Assembly (NCBI GenBank): GCA_963717145.1 | Contig: OY970325.1 | Span: 1,312,001 to 1,376,000, forward strand | DNA length: 64,000 nucleotides | Direction of reading: 5' to 3' | DNA from: an uncultured Armatimonadetes bacterium | GTDB lineage: Bacteria > Armatimonadota > UBA5829 > DTJY01 | Shown: in pieces, positions 22,508 through 30,300 of the stretch | Position numbering within the stretch: position 1 is the first letter of the stretch | Layout of the letters: every line of letters starts with the position of its first letter | Position numbers and translations under genes: made by a program | Notes under the pieces: model-generated | What the model saw: the letters and a program-made list of their open reading frames with translations, nothing else | What the model was told of the DNA's origin: nothing | The model's database searches: none

Positions 22508-22734
22508 TGACCCGTGAATATACTATGGTGCTGACTCCGGAGCCTGAGGGAGGGTTTACAATCACGGTTCCCTCCCTACCTGGCTACGTCGGCTATGCGG
22601 AAACCGAAGAGGAAGCGCTCAAGCTCGCCCAGGAAGGCATTAAGTTCCACATAGACTCACTCCTTGCAGAGGGACAGCCCGTGCCGGTGGAGGTCAGCGC
22701 GCCTCGTGTCCTCAAACTGCGGGTGGCGGCATAG
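22507..22734 (+). CDS. hicB: HicB antitoxin, short form
   Basis: GGFTITVPSLPG...ETEEEAL...GQPVP; coupled to hicA. Confidence 0.92.
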   Translation: MTREYTMVLTPEPEGGFTITVPSLPGYVGYAETEEEALKLAQEGIKFHIDSLLAEGQPVPVEVSAPRVLKLRVAA

Positions 22735-22758
22735 ATTCTTGAGCGGCCAGCGGCGCCA

Positions 22759-23778
22759 TCATGGGTTCTTGGCCTGGCGGAGGGCTTCGAGGGCGGCTCT
22801 GAGGGCCTGGACACCGTCATGGCCTGACGGGAGCCCGATCAGTTCGCCCTTTCTGATGCTCTCGGCGAACAGAGTATACATCCTGTCGAACGCCTTCGAA
22901 GGCGCGCTGATCGCTCTTCGGAAGCACTCGCCCTTCGTGTAGACGCTCAGCTCCTTCCGATTCCCCCACCCCTCGATGCTGCACTGCGAATCGTGGTAGC
23001 TGATCAAGCCGTCCGTGCCGATCAGGTCGTACCGCAGATTGGCTTCATGCTGAGGAGTATTGTGGGTATATGCCCAGCCGTTCTCGTTCAGCAGCATCAC
23101 GCCGTTCTCCATCTTGCACGTTGCGATCACGTGATCGGGGTTAGGCCAATCTTCGATGTAGACGCCCTTCGCGCAGATCTCCGCGAACTCGGAGCCGGAG
23201 TAGTACCGCCCGAGGTCGAAGTAGTGGATGCCGCAGTCGACGATCGGGCCGAGGCCTTCGGTGATCAGCATCCTGTACCGGTCGTCGCCGGCCCATCGCC
23301 CACCCATCCAGTTGCCGACACATCTGATCACCTTCAACTCGCCGATTGCGCCTGAGTCGAGCAGCCGCTTCATCTCGGGATGCGGCTCGGAGAGTCGGAG
23401 TTCGAAGTTGATGGCGAACAGCTTCCCGGCCTGCTGCATCGCGTCAACCATCTCCTGCCCCTGCTCGACGGTCGGTGCGATCGGTTTCTCGCCCAATACG
23501 TGCTTCCCGGCCGCGGCGGCATCCATCACCACCTGGTGGTGGTCCGGGAGGGGAACCGCCATGCCGATCGCGTCGATGTCATCGCGGGCGAGAAGTTCGT
23601 GATAGTCCGTATATGTGCCGTCGATGCCGTACTTCTCCTTGAGTTCCGCAAGGCGATCCTCACTCAGATCGGAAACGGCAACGAGGTCGATGACGTCGGT
23701 AAGCGAGGCCAGCGCGGGCAAGTGTCCGTAGCAGGCGACCGTCCCGCACCCGATCATGCCCATCCGTACTTTCTCCAT
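22759..23778 (-). CDS. Gfo/Idh/MocA oxidoreductase
   Basis: GMIGCGTVA, AGKHVLGEKPIA, DCGIHYFD. Confidence 0.92.
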   Translation of the reverse strand: MEKVRMGMIGCGTVACYGHLPALASLTDVIDLVAVSDLSEDRLAELKEKYGIDGTYTDYHELLARDDIDAIGMAVPLPDHHQVVMDAAAAGKHVLGEKPIAPTVEQGQEMVDAMQQAGKLFAINFELRLSEPHPEMKRLLDSGAIGELKVIRCVGNWMGGRWAGDDRYRMLITEGLGPIVDCGIHYFDLGRYYSGSEFAEICAKGVYIEDWPNPDHVIATCKMENGVMLLNENGWAYTHNTPQHEANLRYDLIGTDGLISYHDSQCSIEGWGNRKELSVYTKGECFRRAISAPSKAFDRMYTLFAESIRKGELIGLPSGHDGVQALRAALEALRQAKNP

Positions 23779-23800
23779 CACAATCCTCCCACCTCCGAAT

Positions 23801-23999
23801 ACCGTAGGGACGGCGCTTCCACGCCCGCCCGCACACCGTAGGGGCGGCGCTTCTATGCCCGCCCGCACACCGTAGGGGCGGTGCTTCTATGCCCGCCCGC
23901 ACACCGTAGGGGCGGTGCTTCTATGCCCGCCCGCACACCGTAGGGGCGGCGCTTCCACGCCCGCCCGCGCCGGGAGGCCGTTGAAGGCCTCCCCTACGG
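23801..23999. repeat. Tandem array of five 34-bp GTAG-type REP units plus an inverted terminal unit
   Basis: accgtaggg(g/a)cgg(c/t)gcttc(t/c)a(t/c)gcccgcccgc(a/g)c at 23801, 23835, 23869, 23903, 23937; then gggaggccgttgaaggcctcccctacgg. Confidence 0.92.
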
Positions 24000-24072
24000 G
24001 TGATACGCCAAGAAAGCCGGCCGCCCTTAGTAGAACGACCGGCTCCCTGAAAACCGAAAGATGTGCGAGTGC

Positions 24073-24321
24073 TTATGCGCCCAGCTTCAGGTGCACATAA
24101 TACACCATGGCCGTCAGCACCATGAATGAGATCGCAGCGTACTTCGTGAAGAGACTCAGCTTCTCATCGGCTCCGGGCTTGCCCCTGAAACTGGACGACA
24201 TCTTGCCGCCGATGGTCCCGCTCAGACCCTCACTCTTTGTCGTCTGTGACATGACGAGCGCAATCAACGCAACTGCGCTCAACAACTGACATACCGTAAG
24301 GATTACGCCTAATACACCCAA
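24073..24321 (-). CDS. secG: Preprotein translocase subunit SecG
   Basis: LVMSQTTKSEGLSGTIGG, two TM helices; GAGGTG RBS before TTG. Confidence 0.88.
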   Translation of the reverse strand: MGVLGVILTVCQLLSAVALIALVMSQTTKSEGLSGTIGGKMSSSFRGKPGADEKLSLFTKYAAISFMVLTAMVYYVHLKLGA

Positions 24322-24370
24322 TGCATTCCACCTCGCAGAAGAAGACCCCCGTCCGGGGGTCATTCGCCAG

Positions 24371-24399
24371 AGTATAGCATTTCAGAAGTCGCTTGTCAA
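24371..24399 (-). promoter_or_regulatory. Sigma70 promoter for secG
   Basis: Minus strand TTGACA-17 bp-TATACT with extended TG. Confidence 0.8.
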
Positions 24400-24402
24400 T
24401 CC

Positions 24403-24591
24403 CTAGCCGTCGGACGACTCGGACTTGGCCGGCTCATCGTCACTCTTCGCTAGCTCCTTGGTCGACTTCTTGAACTCCTTGATCCCCTGTCCCAGTGACT
24501 TACCTAGCTCGGGAATCTTCTTTGCTCCGAACAGGAGCAGGATTATGACCAGGAGGATTATCAGTTCCGGGCCATGTGGAATAGTAGGCAT
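24403..24591 (-). CDS. tatA: Twin-arginine translocase TatA
   Basis: [34 protein letters not shown]. Confidence 0.93.
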   Translation of the reverse strand: MPTIPHGPELIILLVIILLLFGAKKIPELGKSLGQGIKEFKKSTKELAKSDDEPAKSESSDG

Positions 24592-24633
24592 TTTGCATCG
24601 ATCCCTTTCTGCAACCACCCGGCTGCAAGCAAC

Positions 24634-24862
24634 CTAATCTCTATCGAGAGATGATACCTCGTCCGTGACGCAGGACACCTCGCTCTTGACCTCAGTGTCG
24701 ATCTGTTCCATCGACGACGTGAAATCCCTGGCCGCCTTCTTCAGTTCCCGCATTGCGGATCCCGACCGTGCGGCCGATCTCGGGCAGCTTCTTCGGACCG
24801 AAGAGCAGCAGGGCAATAAGCATTATGACGACGATCTCGTTTGTTCCGATCGAGCCGAACAT
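24634..24862 (-). CDS. TatA/TatB family subunit; +1 frameshift at about 24762 (probable error)
   Basis: MFGSIGTNEIVVIMLIALLLFGPKKLPEIGRTVG|SAMRELKKAARDF; extra G in a G-run. Confidence 0.82.
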
Positions 24863-24916
24863 TTCTCGAACCTCTAATACAGTATATCACAAATCTCAAC
24901 GGAACGCACGATCATC

Positions 24917-25851
24917 TTAGCGCGACAACTGCACGACCTCGACCTGCGCGGCGAGGGCGTCGATCTCCTCGCGCTTGCAGTACCCGGCTCCGAAGGTGGT
25001 CGCGTTGGCGGCCCCGCAGCGGTGCCCAATCGGACTGCCTCCTCGACGGTTCCACCCTTCTCCAGTGAATAGACAAATGCCGCCGCAAGCGCATCGCCCG
25101 ATCCGACCGCACTGAGAAACTCGATCTCGGGCGGACGAGCCCACCAGGTCTCCCCGCGGGTGCATGCAATCGAACCGTCACGTCCGAGGGTGACGACAAC
25201 GATCTCGACGTCGCCGCCGCTCAATTCCTGCGCAACCGCGGCGGTCTCCTCTATCGTGGCAAGCTGGCGGCCTATTACGTCCGACAACTCGTGGACGTTC
25301 GGCTTTGCGATATACGGATGTGCCCTCAGGCCCTCCGAAAGCGCAGCGCCGCTCGAATCGAGCACCGTCCGTACATTATAACGTTTCGCGATCGCGATAA
25401 GTTCCGCGTATATCGAATCCTGCACTCCGGGCGGTTTGCTGCCGGACATGACAACGTATTCCATCCCCTGCACGAGAGCCTCGTACTTGGTCATGAAGTG
25501 GCATAGCTCCTCGGCGGAGACCTCGGGGCCGACCTCATTCAGTTCGGTCTGAGTGCGGTGGACCGGGTCGAGAATGGCGACGCACACCCTCGATTCGCCG
25601 TGGATCCGCACCAGGTCGTGCTTGATGCCCTCGTCATTGAGGCCCTCGATGATCTGCTCGCCGCTGTGGCCTCCAACGAAGCCGGTAGCCAATGCCTCAC
25701 CGCCCAGTTCGTTATAGACGCGGGAGACATTGATGCCCTTCCCGCCGGCGGTTATGCGCCAGGCGGACGGGCGGTGTACACGGTCGACGGTGAAGCCCTC
25801 GACCGTGTACGTCTTATCGACCGCGGAATTGAGAGTTACAGTCAGGATCAT
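24917..25851 (-). CDS. 1-phosphofructokinase-family (PfkB) hexose kinase; frameshift at about 25012
   Basis: MILTVTLNSAVD, GGKGINVS, KPNVHE, SAVGSGD; C-terminus AANATTFGAG... continues in another frame. Confidence 0.88.
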
Positions 25852-25874
25852 CGTTCAATATCTCCGACGGATTG

Positions 25875-25955
25875 GGAACCACGGAGGCACAGAGGGCGCG
25901 GAGAAGACCATCACGCTCTCGTATTCCTCCGTGTCCTCCGTGCCTCCGTGGTTCC
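25875..25955. repeat. Inverted 8/9-mer tandem-repeat hairpin, CACGGAG family
   Basis: ggaaccacggaggcacagagggcgcggag ... ctccgtgtcctccgtgcctccgtggttcc. Confidence 0.85.
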
Positions 25956-25977
25956 GTTTCTCTCCACAAATCACTCG

Positions 25978-26006
25978 TTGACAGACGGAAACTCGTCTGG
26001 TATACT
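25978..26006 (+). promoter_or_regulatory. Sigma70 promoter for tRNA-Leu
   Basis: TTGACA-17 bp-TATACT, 12 nt upstream of the tRNA. Confidence 0.85.
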
Positions 26007-26018
26007 AAGCATCGAAAC

Positions 26019-26104
26019 GCCGAAGTGGCGGAATGGCAGACGCGCATGGTTCAGGACCATGTACCCGCAAGGGTGTAGGGGTTCAACTCCCCTCTTCGGC
26101 ACCA
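26019..26104 (+). tRNA. tRNA-Leu (CAG)
   Basis: Acceptor GCCGAAG/CTTCGGC + ACCA, anticodon arm catgg-TTCAGGA-ccatg, long variable arm, GTTCAA T-loop. Confidence 0.97.
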
Positions 26105-26119
26105 ACTCGATTTCAAGGC

Positions 26120-26956
26120 TCAGACATCTCGTCTGGGCCTTTTTGCCGTCCTCATTCTACGCCCAATGCTCCAGGTAGTCAAATCCTGCGCCCCATCGGG
26201 GCCTCCGGACTGAGAGACAGCCACCTCGGTTTCCCCCCTCAATTGCGTGTAGATATACACAAAGGCAAGTTGGAAGACCAGCAAGGTGACGATGATACCC
26301 ACACAGCACACAAGCAATCCTCCCACCATGAACAAGCCCAGGACGATTCCTCTACCGAGTAGCTTGAGCCGGATGCCATCAGTGAGCAGGGCGCTCCTTC
26401 GAAATGATTCGACAATCCCTCCGCCGTCGGCGGCCTCATAGTAAGCGAACCCGTACCGGAGAAGGACCGCGATAATCAGTGCGATGGAGGCAAAAGCCGC
26501 CATGAGCACTACGGCGGTTTCCAACGGATTCCCACGTGTCGACTTGATGAGGGCATCGAGGGGGAATATCGGAGGGATCGCATAGAATTCTCTCAGAACA
26601 CCCACGCCTGAGACCGCCACTGCCCCTACGGCCAAGGGGATTCCCATAATCGAGCCGATGGCCATATTGAGCCAGTAGACACCCATCCACTGGATGTACC
26701 TACGGAAACCTCCAAACAGATCACGGACCGCTGGGTATTGGCCCCGCACAGCCTTCAGATTAACAACGGCCAGTCCGCCGGCCAGGGGAGCACTGATGAG
26801 GATGGCAAAGATGAAGTGCGCGACTCTGTTCCGTCCTGCGACAAGCGACACGACGGTTTCGATGATCAAAACCGCGATCAGCACCCAAGCATATTCCCTG
26901 AACGCCTTCCAGCCGGCGGAGAGCGCCTCGCGACTACTGACCAGTCTTCCCTGCAT
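26120..26956 (-). CDS. Integral membrane protein (DUF975-like)
   Basis: Multiple TM segments; DLFGGFRRY, ESFRRSALLTDG, GLLVCCVGII. Confidence 0.75.
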   Translation of the reverse strand: MQGRLVSSREALSAGWKAFREYAWVLIAVLIIETVVSLVAGRNRVAHFIFAILISAPLAGGLAVVNLKAVRGQYPAVRDLFGGFRRYIQWMGVYWLNMAIGSIMGIPLAVGAVAVSGVGVLREFYAIPPIFPLDALIKSTRGNPLETAVVLMAAFASIALIIAVLLRYGFAYYEAADGGGIVESFRRSALLTDGIRLKLLGRGIVLGLFMVGGLLVCCVGIIVTLLVFQLAFVYIYTQLRGETEVAVSQSGGPDGAQDLTTWSIGRRMRTAKRPRRDV

Positions 26957-27060
26957 TCCGTCACCTTTCTGGATCAGTGTATGAGCCTGCCAGTCGCTTG
27001 TACGTTACCGGCACGCCGCCCGATCTCCTCTATGGCCGCCTGGAGCGAACGGCCGATTGC

Positions 27061-27089
27061 TTGACACGGCGTGCTCGGCGGGGTATACT
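27061..27089 (+). promoter_or_regulatory. Sigma70 promoter, about 360 nt upstream of the Mg-transport operon
   Basis: TTGACA-17 bp-TATACT. Confidence 0.8.
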
Positions 27090-27283
27090 CAGGATGGCCG
27101 TCAGCGGGCGGCTAATGTCTATACTCACTGAGGTGACGGTTGGTGGATACCGACCCGGCCAATAGTACCAAGCTGTGCTGCCGATGCGCGGGCAGTGGAT
27201 GCAGGAGGGCCATGTAGGGACTCGTCCGACTGGTTTGTCTCCATTCACCTCCTCTCCCCCGCCCCGCATCCAGCACTAGAACA

Positions 27284-27436
27284 AAATTCGAAATTCGAAG
27301 TACGAAATTCGAAACAACTCCGAAATCTCAGACTCGAATCAACGAAAGAATCGAAACTCGAGGCAAACGGAGCTTTCGGATGTCGAAATTCGGATTTGCA
27401 GTTTGTTTCGAATTTCGCATTTCGAATTTCGAATTT
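27284..27436. repeat. Large TTCGAAA-family inverted heptamer element
   Basis: aaattcgaaattcgaagtacgaaattcgaaacaa ... ttgtttcgaatttcgcatttcgaatttcgaattt. Confidence 0.92.
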
Positions 27437-27455
27437 GCCTTTCGGGAGGCTCATC

Positions 27456-28742
27456 ATGCAATTCCTGACTCAGGCGCTCGGCCGAACCGCTATCGACAGC
27501 ATCGGCGAACCGATCGGGAAGGTGCGGGACGTCATCGTCTCGCCCGCCGAACCGCTGCCCGTGGTGTCGGCGATAGTCGTGCAGAACGGGCACGGCCCGC
27601 TGCTGATCCCCTGGAAACAAGTGCGTGAGGAAGTCGATCGCTTCAGCCTTCCCGTCCGCAGAGACGGAATCAGAGCTTACTCCCCGAAGCCCGACGACAT
27701 CTGGCTCAAGAGGAATGTGCTCGACCGCCAGATCGTCGACGTTCACGACTACAAGGTCGTCCGGGTGAACGACGTGCGGTTCGTCGAGACGCCGGGCCAA
27801 GTGCGCCTGCTCGGGGTAGACGCGTCGAGTCGGGGACTGCTTCGAGAACTCGGGATCGAATGGGTGTCGGGCATCCTTCGTCTGATCCTGAGGAGGCCGG
27901 TCTCGGAGAAGATCATCGCCTGGGACGATGTGGAAACCCTCGAGCAGACCGCCGGTCCGATCAAGCTCAAGATCCCGCTCCAGAAGCTGTCGAAGCTCCA
28001 TCCCGCCGATATCGCGGACATCATCGAGCAGATGAACCCTATGCAGCGGGCCGACATCATCGAGAGCCTCGATGTGCAGACCGCGGCGGACGTTCTGCCC
28101 GAAACAACCGCTGAGATACAGGCCGAGATCATCGAGGACCTGGACCCTGACGATGCGGCCGATATCCTGGAGGAGATGGACCCGGACGAGGCGGCGGACA
28201 TCCTCGGCGACCTGTCTGAGGAACGCACGGAAGAGATCCTGAACGAGATGGAGCCCGAGGAAGCCACTGACGTCCGAGAGTTGCTCATCTACGAGGATGA
28301 GACCGCGGGCGGCCTGATGACCACCGATTTCGTGGTGCTCTCCGACAAGCAAACCGCTCAGGAGGCGATCAACCATCTCCGCGAGCTGACGCCGGACGCT
28401 GAGACGATCTACTACCTCTACGTCGTAACCGCTGGCGAGACGCTCGCCGGCGTGATCTCGCTGAGGGACCTGATCGTCGCTCAGCCTGGGACGCCGATCA
28501 CCGAGTTCATGGTCACCAGGGTCATCCACCTCCACCCGGAGGCCAGCGTGCGGGAGGTCGCCGAGTTGTTCCAGAAGTACAATCTTCTCGCGCTGCCGGT
28601 CGTCGACTTCGGAAACGAATTGAAGGGCATCATCACGGTGGATGACATCTTCGAGCACATACCGACGCGCGCATGGCGCGGGCGTCCCGGGAAGCGTCAG
28701 ACCGCCCCCGAGCAGATGCTCGAACACGAAGTCGAGGCGTAG
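27456..28742 (+). CDS. MgtE intracellular-domain protein (PRC-barrel + MgtE-N + CBS pair), no TM domain
   Basis: LDRQIVDVHDYKVVRVND, KLHPADIADI, acidic MgtE-N repeats, ETAGGLMT, CBS domains; RBS GGGAGG. Confidence 0.9.
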   Translation: MQFLTQALGRTAIDSIGEPIGKVRDVIVSPAEPLPVVSAIVVQNGHGPLLIPWKQVREEVDRFSLPVRRDGIRAYSPKPDDIWLKRNVLDRQIVDVHDYKVVRVNDVRFVETPGQVRLLGVDASSRGLLRELGIEWVSGILRLILRRPVSEKIIAWDDVETLEQTAGPIKLKIPLQKLSKLHPADIADIIEQMNPMQRADIIESLDVQTAADVLPETTAEIQAEIIEDLDPDDAADILEEMDPDEAADILGDLSEERTEEILNEMEPEEATDVRELLIYEDETAGGLMTTDFVVLSDKQTAQEAINHLRELTPDAETIYYLYVVTAGETLAGVISLRDLIVAQPGTPITEFMVTRVIHLHPEASVREVAELFQKYNLLALPVVDFGNELKGIITVDDIFEHIPTRAWRGRPGKRQTAPEQMLEHEVEA

Positions 28743-28746
28743 CTGC

Positions 28747-28856
28747 TGGAGTGCGATGGCTCGACATCGCTTTTCCGGGACGTGGCTCGACACGGCGGGT
28801 CCCCGAAGGCCGTCAAGCCGCCCGAGACCAAAGCGATGTCGAGCCATCGCACTCCA
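28747..28856. repeat. Composite TGGAGTGCG-family element
   Basis: 27-bp terminal inverted repeats; interior similar to 4109-4157. Confidence 0.88.
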
Positions 28857-28869
28857 TGCTGGAGAAGAC

Positions 28870-30186
28870 ATGCGCAAGAAGTTCACCAAAGCCAGGCTTC
28901 TTCTGATATTCGCGGCGATCGGCCCAGGATTGATCGCGGCGAATGCGGACAACGACGCCGGCGGAATAACCACGTACAGTCTGGCAGGCGCACACTTCGG
29001 CTACAGTCTGCTATGGATCCTTACCATCATCACATTCAGCCTGGCCGTGACGCAGGAGATGGGCGCGCGTATGGGTGCGGTCACCGGCAAGGGATTCGGC
29101 GGCCTGATTCGCGAGAAGTTCGGCGCGCGTTGGACAGGATTTGCGATATTCGTGATGCTGATTGCGAACCTCGGCACGACGAACGCGGAGTTCGCCGGTA
29201 TCGCCACCAGCCTGAAGATATTCGGCACGCAACTGGGGGCAATGGTTCCTCCCTCAGAGCGCAACTTCGCGGTCTCGATTCTCGTTCCATTCCTGTCGAT
29301 CAAATATGCGTGTTTGCCCTTCGCAGGCCTACTGGTCTACATGCTCATCGCGAAATTCGACTACCGACGCGTGCAGAAGGTCTTCCTGGTGAGCAGCGCG
29401 CTCTATCTGGCATACGTCGTGTCCGGCGCGCTCGCGCATCCTGACTGGTCAATGGCAGCGAAGAGCCTCGTGCATCCGACGATCAGCCTCGACACCGGCT
29501 ATCTGCTGATGTTCATCGCCATGGTCGGAACCACGATCACCCCGTGGGGTCAGTTCTTCATCCAGTCCTTTGTCGTGGACAAGCGACTCGGCGTGAAGGA
29601 CCTGCCATATGCTCGGGCGGACGTCTACATCGGCGCGTTCTTCACAGACTTCATCTCTTTCTTCATTATCGTCGCCTGCGCGGCCACGATCTATGCGACG
29701 GGAAGCCACATCACCGACGCCGCAGATGCCGCTCAGGCGCTTCGTCCGCTGGCTGGGCAGTTCGCATCGACACTGTTCGCATTCGGCCTGCTCAACGCAT
29801 CGCTGCTCGGCGCGGCGGTGCTTCCGCTCACCAGCGCATACGCGACGTGTGAGGCGTTCGGTTGGGAGGCGGGAATCGACAAAAAGCCGAGGGAGGCGCC
29901 GCTCTTCTACGGCCTATTCGTCTTCTTCATCGTGGCATCGACCCTGATCGTCCTCATCCCGGGGCTGCCACTCTTGACGATCATGGTCCTGTCTCAGGTG
30001 CTGAACGGCGCGCTACTGCCGATCATCCTGATCTTCGTAGTCAAGGTAACTAACGACAGACTGGTGATGGGCGAGCACGTGAATTCGCGGATCTTCAACA
30101 TCATCGCCACGGTCACGACGGCCGGGCTGATCGTCATGACGCTCTTGCTGCTCGCCTCACCGCTCATCGCGCGACTGGGGAGATGA
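28870..30186 (+). CDS. NRAMP-related divalent metal (probably Mg2+) transporter
   Basis: GPGLIAANADNDAGGITTY, QEMGARMG, GTTITPWGQF. Confidence 0.9.
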   Translation: MRKKFTKARLLLIFAAIGPGLIAANADNDAGGITTYSLAGAHFGYSLLWILTIITFSLAVTQEMGARMGAVTGKGFGGLIREKFGARWTGFAIFVMLIANLGTTNAEFAGIATSLKIFGTQLGAMVPPSERNFAVSILVPFLSIKYACLPFAGLLVYMLIAKFDYRRVQKVFLVSSALYLAYVVSGALAHPDWSMAAKSLVHPTISLDTGYLLMFIAMVGTTITPWGQFFIQSFVVDKRLGVKDLPYARADVYIGAFFTDFISFFIIVACAATIYATGSHITDAADAAQALRPLAGQFASTLFAFGLLNASLLGAAVLPLTSAYATCEAFGWEAGIDKKPREAPLFYGLFVFFIVASTLIVLIPGLPLLTIMVLSQVLNGALLPIILIFVVKVTNDRLVMGEHVNSRIFNIIATVTTAGLIVMTLLLLASPLIARLGR

Positions 30187-30194
30187 TCAGACGA

Positions 30195-30299
30195 GCAGAA
30201 CCCTCACCCCCGACCCCTCTCCCTCAGAAGGGCGAGGGGAGTGCCGGTCTGTCTCCCCTCGCCCTTCTGAGGGAGAGGGGTCGGGGGTGAGGGTTCTGC
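30195..30299. repeat. REP-like palindrome, CCCTCACCCC family (47-bp perfect stem)
   Basis: 30195-30241 is the reverse complement of 30253-30299; lies between convergent genes. Confidence 0.9.
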
Positions 30300-30300
30300 A

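Noticed and set aside
23801-23970. CRISPR array
   Set aside because: The 34-bp units are contiguous with no unique spacers, match a REP doublet at 39188, and there are no cas genes in the window.
26019-26960. Genomic island integrated at tRNA-Leu
   Set aside because: No integrase and no duplicated tRNA 3' end seen in the window.
27125-27244. 39-aa minus-strand ORF (METNQSDESL...) with AGGAGGTGA upstream
   Set aside because: The SD abuts the ATG with almost no spacing and I see no minus-strand promoter. It is better explained as the plus-strand anti-SD, though not excluded.
27091-27271. 6S RNA
   Set aside because: The size and some end-to-end pairing fit, but I see no 6S consensus motifs, and it lies in an mRNA leader with no terminator. 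Needs an Rfam scan.
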